NCBI GenBank assembly: GCA_963770895.1
Contig: CAVYRF010000002.1
Span: 4,960,001-5,024,000 of the forward strand
Length of the DNA stretch: 64,000 nt
DNA from: an uncultured Acidobacteriota bacterium
GTDB taxonomy: Bacteria; Acidobacteriota; Thermoanaerobaculia; Multivoradales; UBA5704
Reading direction: 5' to 3'
The notes under the pieces: model-generated
The model's database searches: none
What the model was told of the DNA's origin: nothing
Seen by the model: only the letters and a program-made list of their open reading frames with translations
Translations under genes and position numbers: made by a program
Part shown: positions 56,959 to 64,000 of the stretch, in pieces
Position numbering within the stretch: position 1 is the first letter of the stretch
How the letters are laid out: each line of letters opens with the position of its first letter

Positions 56959-58467
56959 TCATCCGGCGAGCGGCGGGGCGGCGGCGGGTGTGGGCTGCCG
57001 GCGGCGGCCGAAGGGGCGGGCGAGCTCGGCCACGGCGCCGGCGAGGACCATGACCAGGGGCGCCGCGCCCTGGAGGAGCAGGCGGTCCCAGGTGAGCTGT
57101 GCGGCAAAGGCGGGGACCGGGTGGATGGAGTAGGCCGCCAGGCCGATCGCGGCCGGCGCCGCCGCCGCCAGCAGCAGGCGGCGATGCAGCGGATGGCGCA
57201 GCGTACGCCACCCGGCCGCCAGGAGCGCCAGCGCCAGCCACCAGAAGCCGCCCCAGGTGGCCCAGCGGGTCGTGTGCTCGACCAGGACCGGAGCGGCGCG
57301 GCGCAGGTTGAGCCAGACGTGGGACCAGGCGTGGCCGGTCGCGATCAGGTCGGGATAGTCCTCGTCCTGGCGATTGACGATGCCCAGGCGCCACGCATCG
57401 AGCAGAGCCAGGGCGGCGGCCAGCGGCAGCGCCGCCGCGACTGCCCGGCGCAGGCGCGCCGACACCCGCGCGCCGCCGGCGACCGGGGCGGGCGGCTTGC
57501 GGGCGGCGCGCCAGCCCAGGGCAAGGGGCACCAGGGCCAACAGGGCGCCTTCGTTCTTGGTCAGCGCCATCGCGGCCAGCAGCAGGCCCGTCGCGAGTGC
57601 ATCGCTCGCGCGCGGGCGCGGGCCGAGCGCCAGCGTGAGGGCGGCGGCGTAGAAACAGGCGAGCGGCAGATCGCTGTAGGCGGTGGTCGGGCCGCCGGCA
57701 CCGAGCGACATGAACGGCGTGACCGCCAGGGCGAGGGCCGCCAGGGCGGCGGCGGCGCTGCCGGCGGTGCGGCGCGCGCCGTCCCAGATGATCAGGAGGA
57801 GCGCCGGCAGAAAAGCGGCGTAGAGCGCGCGCACGCCGTGGGAGTCGGGATCGCCGTGAAAGGCTTCCAGCACGGCCACCTGCGCCAGGGGCAGCAGCAG
57901 CGGATATTGCGGATGGGTCACGTACCAGGGAGCTTCGCGCAGCACCGGCGCGTCCACCGTGCCGGCCTGCCGCACGTAGCGCGCCTGCATGGCCCAGGTC
58001 ATGCGGCCGTCCCAATCGCTGACCGGGTTGCTGACCGCTTCGGCAAAGGCCGCCAGGCTGAGGATCGCCGCCAGCAGCGCACAGGCGATGGCGATCCAGC
58101 GCCCGGCCTGCGCGCACCAGCCGGTGGCGGTGGGGGCGCCCGCGTGCGGTTCGTCGCGGGCGGAGCGCGGGGCGCCGGCGGCGGCCACGTGCCCGGCGGT
58201 GCGCCGCCGGACTGCTGCCGCGGCAAGGCCCGCCAGGGTCGGCGCCGCGGCCGCACACCAGATCGCCGGCGGCCGCAGCGGGACCGCGAAGAGGTGGGAC
58301 AGCGCGAAGAGCGAGCCCGACACGCATCCGATGCCGAGCAGGTAGCCGTAAGCGGCGCGCGCTGCCGGCGGCTTGGCGCGCACGGTGGCAAAGAGCTCCG
58401 TCAGGCCGTAGCCCGGCACGGCGAACAACGCCACGGCACCAACGCCGCCGGCGATCTCAGCGGACAT
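56959..58467 (-). CDS. Polytopic membrane protein, GT-C glycosyltransferase-like
   Basis: DWDGRMTW, HPQYPLLLP, AYSDLPLA, LTKNEG motifs with many TM helices. Confidence 0.7.
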   Translation of the reverse strand: MSAEIAGGVGAVALFAVPGYGLTELFATVRAKPPAARAAYGYLLGIGCVSGSLFALSHLFAVPLRPPAIWCAAAAPTLAGLAAAAVRRRTAGHVAAAGAPRSARDEPHAGAPTATGWCAQAGRWIAIACALLAAILSLAAFAEAVSNPVSDWDGRMTWAMQARYVRQAGTVDAPVLREAPWYVTHPQYPLLLPLAQVAVLEAFHGDPDSHGVRALYAAFLPALLLIIWDGARRTAGSAAAALAALALAVTPFMSLGAGGPTTAYSDLPLACFYAAALTLALGPRPRASDALATGLLLAAMALTKNEGALLALVPLALGWRAARKPPAPVAGGARVSARLRRAVAAALPLAAALALLDAWRLGIVNRQDEDYPDLIATGHAWSHVWLNLRRAAPVLVEHTTRWATWGGFWWLALALLAAGWRTLRHPLHRRLLLAAAAPAAIGLAAYSIHPVPAFAAQLTWDRLLLQGAAPLVMVLAGAVAELARPFGRRRQPTPAAAPPLAG

Positions 58468-59068
58468 CGGCGTTGGCGGCGGCGTGCGGCGTGCCGGGAG
58501 GCGGCCCACAAGCCGCGGTCGCCATTGCTGTTGCCGCGGCGGTTGCGCCGGTCGCGTCGGGGGAGCCCGGCGCGGACGGCGCCAGGCTGCCGATCCGCGC
58601 CGCAAACGTGCGCCGGTCGAGGACGCTTGCCGGGGCCTGCGAACAGGCGATGACGACCTGTTGGAAATCCGCCGGCAAGAGGCGGTCCAGGCGGTCCCAG
58701 GCGGCGGCCGTCAGGTGATTGAGCTGCCCCAGATAGACCGCGCGCCGCGGCGCCAGGTCATAGCGCACCCAATAGATGGCGCCGGTGCCCGGACTGTCGC
58801 CAGCCACGAGCAGATATGGCCGATCCACCGGCAGCGCCCGGCGCAGCTGGTCGATCGCCTGGCAGTAGGGGGTGCCGAACAGGCGCGCGCACGCTGCCGC
58901 GGTGCTTTCGCCGGCGACCTGTCGCGGCAGGCTGAGCAGATACCTGGCGATACTGGCAGTGCGCGGTGCGTTGAGGGCGAAATACACGCCCAGCAACGCC
59001 AACGCCAGCAGGCGGCTGCAGCGTTCGACCGCCGCGGCGGGCCGTTCCATTTTCAGCTGGCCGGCCAT
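58457..59068 (-). CDS. Hypothetical membrane-anchored protein
   Basis: Single N-terminal TM; YWVRYDLAPRRAVY; overlaps the next gene's start. Confidence 0.6.
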   Translation of the reverse strand: MAGQLKMERPAAAVERCSRLLALALLGVYFALNAPRTASIARYLLSLPRQVAGESTAAACARLFGTPYCQAIDQLRRALPVDRPYLLVAGDSPGTGAIYWVRYDLAPRRAVYLGQLNHLTAAAWDRLDRLLPADFQQVVIACSQAPASVLDRRTFAARIGSLAPSAPGSPDATGATAAATAMATAACGPPPGTPHAAANADVR

Positions 59069-59203
59069 GCGCACGGCGGAAGCGTTTCGATTGCCGCCGC
59101 CAGCTTGCGGCAAGCACGGTGGCAGCGGGGGGGCACGGTCGGATCATACCGCCAACGAACGCACCCGGCCGTAACGGGTCGGGGCGTCGGTCCCCATGAA
59201 GGG

Positions 59204-59900
59204 CTACGGAAACTGGCTATCGAGGAAGGCGAGGTCCTGCTGGTCGAGAGGACGAATCGGGACCCTTTTTGTCGGTACTCCAAGCCGGGGATCTGGTGTC
59301 CAGGTCGCGCTTGGAAGCACGAGACGCCTTGTCTCTGCCGCGCGCCGATAAGCTTCGGCATGGCCCAAGGGACCCAAGGACAGATGCTCGATCGGTGAAG
59401 TCTGGAAAGGCGTCTGCAACGTTCAGATCGCCCAGGGCAGCCCAAAAGTGGGCGACCCCCTTGAACTCCGGCCATGCCTTCTCTATCAGGCTCTCACTGG
59501 CGGCGAACTTCTTCCGCTTTGCGATGTGAGCCAGCAACGCCCTCGCGCGTTCGATGGTGCCGTGGCGGTGATGATGCTTGGCTAAGGGCAGCAGGATCAG
59601 CAGGACCTGGCCGGCGGCTATGCCTCTTCTGGAGTGCACAAATCCATCCTCGTAGATGCGGCGAGGGGGAAGCGCCGCCGTCCAGAGGGGACCGATGCAT
59701 CCGTGAAGATCCCGAAGCAGCGGCGGCTTCGCGCCAGCATCGAGGTAGGTCACGTACTGATGGGCCATGGCGGAGGCGAACCATAGCCGGCGGCGGTCTG
59801 CGTCCAGCGGATAGGTCATCGCGGCGAGGATGCTTAGTAGAGGGTCGGTGAGGGCGAAGAACGAGCCTGTTATCGGAGCCTCGATGACCGGCATGCACAC
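59204..59900 (-). pseudogene. Hypothetical protein of likely mobile-element origin, probably frameshifted near 59395
   Basis: ORF with KAWPEFKGVAHFWAA; a protein-like continuation (LGHAEAYRRAAE...PLDQQDLAFLDSQFP) lies in another frame; lower GC. Confidence 0.45.
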
Positions 59901-60127
59901 CCCCGCCAGGCGCCCGCAGGTTGGACCAACGGCGCGGCAGCCGGTGCGGGAACCGGGGTTCGGGGATCAGTCTAGCCGCGCTTGAGGGGGTATTTTAGCA
60001 GTACAATCGAGGATGCAGCAGCGGCGGCCTGCTCAGCGTCAAGCAGGAGCAGCAAGCTTGTAGGCGCAGATGATGATCTTAGCGCTACGTCATCGCCGCA
60101 CCAGGAAACCCCTGCCGGTGGTGCTCC

Positions 60128-60155
60128 AACCCCTCTCCCGAAGGAGAGGGGTTTT
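60128..60155. terminator. Perfect 11-bp stem-loop downstream of P4
   Basis: AACCCCTCTCC-CGAA-GGAGAGGGGTT then TT. Confidence 0.65.
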
Positions 60156-60186
60156 CGAGGAGGAGGAGGTGCCGCTGGCGAATCGG

Positions 60187-60345
60187 CTAGCCGTGCAGGT
60201 ACGTGGTGGCGCTGTAGTGCAAGGCGAAAGTCGGGCATGGCACGCTCGCCCCACCAGCGACTTCGTCCACTTGGCGCGATCCTAGTGGGAGCAGCGTCTC
60301 TTTGTTGATCCTCATCTTCTTGATCGCGAGCTTCTGCTTCTTCAT
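60187..60345 (-). CDS. RiPP-type precursor peptide P4, 52 aa
   Basis: RBS AAGGAG; MKKQKLAIKKMRINKETLLPLGSRQVDEVAGG|ASVPCPTFALHYSATTYLHG. Confidence 0.75.
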   Translation of the reverse strand: MKKQKLAIKKMRINKETLLPLGSRQVDEVAGGASVPCPTFALHYSATTYLHG

Positions 60346-60389
60346 CTCGATACTCCTTTCCTCGGCCCTTGTTGTGGGCGAGATTGGTT

Positions 60390-60653
60390 TTACATATATA
60401 ACGGGTGCGCGAGACCACGGGAATAGAGCCCGCGCCCGCGGGCTGACCGTTCTGGCAGCACAACTGAGGAGAGTCGCCACACCGCCGGTAGTGAGCCATT
60501 ACTCGTGCGCATGGGAAGTTGGCGGGGCTTCATTGCGGCTGGGGATGGGCGCAGGTGCGCGGTACAGAGCGGACAGTAGATGACATCCGGCTGTGTTCCG
60601 GCATGTGCGAGGTTGCCTCCGGGTCCAGGCGGGTAGGCGTCGTCTCTGGGCAT
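60390..60653 (-). CDS. Small hypothetical or truncated passenger gene with CxxC
   Basis: Strong RBS AAGGAGG right after the transposase stop; VIYCPLC; C-terminus looks non-coding. Confidence 0.35.
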   Translation of the reverse strand: MPRDDAYPPGPGGNLAHAGTQPDVIYCPLCTAHLRPSPAAMKPRQLPMRTSNGSLPAVWRLSSVVLPERSARGRGLYSRGLAHPLYM

Positions 60654-60674
60654 GGCTCCCTCCTTCGGAATAGG

Positions 60675-60833
60675 TCAGGCTATCAGCTCCTCGCTCACCA
60701 AGCGCTGCGCCGCCGCGAGCAGGTCTGCCACGCTCCATGGGCTGCGGGAGATCCCCGCTGCCATCGCGGGCGTCATGCGGATGCTCTTGTGGAACTTGCA
60801 AAAATTGTATTAGACGAAGGACAGGGCCAGCGC
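60675..60833 (-). mobile_element. IS1-family transposase C-terminal remnant
   Basis: Manual translation ALALSFV*YNFCKFHKSIRMTPAMAAGISRSPWSVADLLAAAQRLVSEELIA*; internal stop; YNF..H....TPAMAAG...WS motif. Confidence 0.75.
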
Positions 60834-60850
60834 CGGGGCGTCGCTGCCCG

Positions 60851-61837
60851 TCAGTGCGGGCGGGGCAGGAAGCAGGCCAGGTCGCGGCTGACGGTGATCT
60901 CGGTTTCGGCCAGGGCGGCGGCGCGCTGGCGCTCGCGGTCGCGGCCGCCGCGGTAGGTGGCGGCAAGCAGATCCTGGAGCGCCGCCGGGGGGAGGCGCAG
61001 GCGGGTGGTTGCGGTGGCTTGGTGGACCAGCTCGAAAGACGCATCCAGGGTGGCGACGGTGGCGGCAAGACGGGGGCGCAACCGCCCTTCGCCGAGCACC
61101 GCCTGGCGCAGCTCGATCAGGTCGTCGGCGCCGGGCACGGCGACCAGCAGCCAAGCGGAGCGCCGCGTCGCGGCGTCATCGCTGGCGCCGGTGCTGGGTG
61201 TGATGGCAGGCGACAGGCCGGGGGCGAGCACGCGGCGGAGCTCCGGCGGATTGAGGTGCGCGGTCAGCACCATGGCCAGGTCGAAGCTGCCGTCGGCGTA
61301 GGGGAGGAACCGGTCGGCATTGGCGACCACCCAGGTTGCCGCCGGGTAGCGCCTGGCGGCAAGGTCGACGGCGGCGGCGGCAAGGTCCAGGCCGTGCGCC
61401 TCGACGTGGAGCGGGAGGTCGCCAGGGCTGGCGCTGCCGGGGGTGTCGCCGCGCCGGATGCCGCGGCTGGTGGCGTTCGCGGCGGCGGTGGCGGCGCTGG
61501 CGGCGGCGCTGGCGGCGGCGAGGTAGAAGCCTTCGCCGCAGCCGACGTCAAGCACGGAGCGCGGCGGCGGCAGGCCCATCGCTTCCATCGCGGTGGCGGC
61601 CTGCAGCAGGTGCGGCACCAGCCAATCGCCGTGGCCGGCATCGAAAAGGCGGCGGCGTGCCGCCACGGCCGCGGCGGAGTCGCCCGGATGCCGGGAGCGG
61701 CTGTCCTGCGGTTGGAGCAGATTGCAGTAGCCGCTGCGTGCCAAGTCGAAGCGGTGGCCCGCGGGGCAGGCCATCCAGCGCTCGCCGCGGGCCAGCGGCC
61801 GGCGACAGCCGCGCACCGGGCATAGCAACGTCACCAC
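60851..61837 (-). CDS. RlmA-like (23S rRNA m1G745) methyltransferase
   Basis: LCPVRGC...CPAGHRFDLARSGYCNLL, HPGDS..AVAARR, VLDVGCGEGFY. Confidence 0.85.
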   Translation of the reverse strand: MVTLLCPVRGCRRPLARGERWMACPAGHRFDLARSGYCNLLQPQDSRSRHPGDSAAAVAARRRLFDAGHGDWLVPHLLQAATAMEAMGLPPPRSVLDVGCGEGFYLAAASAAASAATAAANATSRGIRRGDTPGSASPGDLPLHVEAHGLDLAAAAVDLAARRYPAATWVVANADRFLPYADGSFDLAMVLTAHLNPPELRRVLAPGLSPAITPSTGASDDAATRRSAWLLVAVPGADDLIELRQAVLGEGRLRPRLAATVATLDASFELVHQATATTRLRLPPAALQDLLAATYRGGRDRERQRAAALAETEITVSRDLACFLPRPH

Positions 61838-61848
61838 GCGTGGGGGCT

Positions 61849-62646
61849 CTACGGCCGGCCGGCGCGCAGGAAGAGCGGCCAGGCGATGCGGCGGACGGCG
61901 ACCGGATCGCCCCAGGCGGCGGCGAGCTCATCCTGCAGGAGCTTGACCGGATCGCGCCCCGTCGCGGCCTGGTAGCGGCGCACCGAAGACCAGGTGCCGA
62001 AATAGTGCAGCAGCTGGCCGAGGTCCCAGTGCGCCTCGATTTCGAGCGACGGCGCGGCGACTTCCGCAAAGGGGAATGGGATGGTGCGGTAGCGCTCGTC
62101 GACCCAGCGCCTCTCCGGCGGCCAATAGGTGCCGACGATCTGCTGCGACAGGCGATCGATCAAGCGGTCGAGGGCCGGGGTGATGCGCGCCAGGTCGTAG
62201 GTGACCGCGGCGATCGCGCCGCCGGGGGCCAGGACGCGGCGCGCTTCGACGTAGAAGAGATCGAAGTCGAACCAGTGCAGCGCCTGGGCGACGCACACCA
62301 GGTCGACGGTGTGATCGGCGGCGCCGGTGGCTTCGGCGCGAGCCTGCCGGTAGGTGACTCGCGGATGGGGCCAGGCGTTGGCCAGCTGCTCGGCGCTGGC
62401 GTCGAGCGCGAGCACGCGATCGAAACGCTCCGCCAGCCCGAGCGCCGCCTGGCCGTTGCCGGTGGCGCAGTCCATGGCCAGCGACCGCCGCTCCGGGAGC
62501 GTGGCGAGGAAATCGAACAGTGGAGCCGGGTAGGTGGGGCGGAAGGCGGCATAGTCGGCCGCATGGCCGGAGAAGTGATCCTTGAAGCGCGCCGTGGTGC
62601 CGGCGGGTGCGTCCGGCGCCTCCGGTTGATCGCGGTCGGTCGTCAT
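61849..62646 (-). CDS. Class I SAM-dependent methyltransferase
   Basis: FKDHFS..AADYA.FRPTYP, DCATGNGQ, AQALHWF. Confidence 0.9.
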   Translation of the reverse strand: MTTDRDQPEAPDAPAGTTARFKDHFSGHAADYAAFRPTYPAPLFDFLATLPERRSLAMDCATGNGQAALGLAERFDRVLALDASAEQLANAWPHPRVTYRQARAEATGAADHTVDLVCVAQALHWFDFDLFYVEARRVLAPGGAIAAVTYDLARITPALDRLIDRLSQQIVGTYWPPERRWVDERYRTIPFPFAEVAAPSLEIEAHWDLGQLLHYFGTWSSVRRYQAATGRDPVKLLQDELAAAWGDPVAVRRIAWPLFLRAGRP

Positions 62647-62746
62647 CGGGCGGTAATGCGGATCGTGCGTGCCGCCGAGCAGGCCCGCCCCGGAAGCTTG
62701 CGCGGTCGTGTTCCGGGGCGGGCCGCTCAGGGCGTGGGGGCGGCGC

Positions 62747-63247
62747 CTACTTGGCGACGCGGAAGGCCTTGGTCGCGACCGACTTGCCGTCGAGCAGGAT
62801 TTCGACCTTGTAGTCGCCGGCCGGCCAGCCATCGGGCTTCGAGGCATGGAATTCGGTCCAGGCGTCGCCGGTGGGGCTGATGGCCTGGGTGTCTTCCTTG
62901 ACCGGCTTGTCGGCGCCGCTCTTGCCGACGAAGCTCCACTTGGCGGTGAGGTTGGCGGTGGTCGCGGCACCGGTGGTGCCGACCGAGGCGTAGAAGGTAT
63001 CGCCCTTGGCAAAGGTATCGGCTTCGGCCGGGACCTTCTTGTCAGCGCCGACGCTCTTGCCGATCGACAGCGACACGACGGTCAGCGGCGCGGCGGCTGG
63101 AGCGGCCGGTGCGGGTGCGGCGGCGGGCGTGGGTGCGGGCGCCGGAGCGGGAGGCGGCGGCTCTTCCTTGTGGCAGGCAGCGAGCGGTGCCAGGGCGAGC
63201 AGGGCAGCCAGGGGCAACATCCGAAGGGCGCGGGTCGAAGCGTTCAT
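62747..63247 (-). CDS. Lipoprotein with Pro/Ala linker and Ig-like domain
   Basis: Lipobox LAAC; GWPAGDYKVEILLDG; RBS GAGAGG. Confidence 0.8.
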   Translation of the reverse strand: MNASTRALRMLPLAALLALAPLAACHKEEPPPPAPAPAPTPAAAPAPAAPAAAPLTVVSLSIGKSVGADKKVPAEADTFAKGDTFYASVGTTGAATTANLTAKWSFVGKSGADKPVKEDTQAISPTGDAWTEFHASKPDGWPAGDYKVEILLDGKSVATKAFRVAK

Positions 63248-63272
63248 GGGTCGTCCTCTCCGTTGACAGATT

Positions 63273-63548
63273 TCAGTCGGGGATGATGAGCTGCTGCCCC
63301 GGGTGGATGAGATCAGGGTTCTTGATGGTGTCTTTGTTGGCTTCGTAGATCTTTTGCCACAGGTTGGCATTGCCGTACTGCTGGTGGGCGATCTTGGACA
63401 GCGTGTCGCCGGCCGCCACGGTATAGGTTTTGGGTGCCGGGGGCGCGGCGTCGGGCGCCGGATCTGCCGGTGCCGTGGACGAGCTGCCGGATACCACGTT
63501 GGAGAAATCCGGATCGTCATCCGGCGTCTGCGGAGTGTCGGGTGCCAT
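63273..63548 (-). CDS. LysM domain protein
   Basis: [15 protein letters not shown]....[26 protein letters not shown]. Confidence 0.92.
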   Translation of the reverse strand: MAPDTPQTPDDDPDFSNVVSGSSSTAPADPAPDAAPPAPKTYTVAAGDTLSKIAHQQYGNANLWQKIYEANKDTIKNPDLIHPGQQLIIPD

Positions 63549-63695
63549 GGTTCCCTCCTGGATTGCTGCCGGCGCCTGCCGCCACCGATCAGCCTTCGGG
63601 GTGTGCGCCGTGAGCTGTATTTAAGGATCAACGATACAAGCGGCGCGATTATAGCACCCGCGATGGCTAGCGCCCCGCACCATCCATGCTCTGCA

Positions 63696-64000
63696 CTAGG
63701 CGCCGACGCGCGCGATCGGCGCGTTGAAGCGCACGGCGATGCGCAGGACCAGCATCACCGCGATCACGCCCAGGGCGAGCGTGATGCCCCACCAGAGCCC
63801 GCGCGGGCCAAGGTGGGAGCTGAACGCCAGGATGCAGCCGATGGGCAGCGCGAGCAGCCAATAGCCGAGCAGGGCGGTGGCGGCGGGAACCGCGGTGTCC
63901 GCGGCGCCGCGCAGTATTCCCGCGCTGACCACCTGCGTGCCGTCGAACACCTGGAACACGGCGGCGATGGGCAGCAGCGAGGCGGCGACCGCGATCACCT
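63696..64000 (-). CDS. MATE family efflux transporter (3' end only)
   Basis: AVFQVFDGTQVVSAGILRGAADT..P, GYWLLALPIG, GPRGLWWG. Confidence 0.88.
   Translation of the reverse strand, partial: VIAVAASLLPIAAVFQVFDGTQVVSAGILRGAADTAVPAATALLGYWLLALPIGCILAFSSHLGPRGLWWGITLALGVIAVMLVLRIAVRFNAPIARVGA

Noticed and set aside
60187-60230. Alternative frame of the P4 core giving SPCTTAPPRTCTA (more Cys)
   Set aside because: The annotated frame has uniform GC3 and a proper stop; the shifted frame runs into the downstream hairpin. A read check would settle it.

Overview
Very GC-rich bacterial chromosomal DNA. Gene content and style suggest Acidobacteriota, possibly Thermoanaerobaculia-like; this is inference, not proof. 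A housekeeping backbone (ribH-nusB-leuS-lptE, rpsT, tolQRAB-pal-cpoB, an RNase E/G-family gene, arfB, ppk2, trxC, a ParA ATPase, a Ski2-like helicase) is interleaved with accessory genes. Main signal: four dispersed, orphan 48-53 aa RiPP-type precursor genes (10417-10578, 34027-34182, 49466-49612, 60187-60345). They share an MKK...LxLx(R/K)ETLRxL...(A/F)GG leader and have unrelated Ser/Thr/Cys-rich cores; no maturase or C39 exporter is recognisable in the window. One of them is absent from the ORF track. Second signal: four small secreted disulfide-rich proteins, three with 8 Cys in the mature part, two of which sit where holA normally lies. Other points: a ~168-nt rod-like hairpin at the 3' end of rne, an in-frame fatty-acid desaturase/M28 peptidase fusion, a receiver-like/DUF4388-like/DegV fusion, a lone class I HMG-CoA reductase coupled to an ABC1 kinase, a decayed YciI/ECF sigma module with two intact promoter copies, and an IS1-family transposase remnant. 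Several single-base frameshifts could be real or assembly errors. No rRNA, tRNA or CRISPR array was seen. Family assignments come from recognised motifs only; no searches were run.
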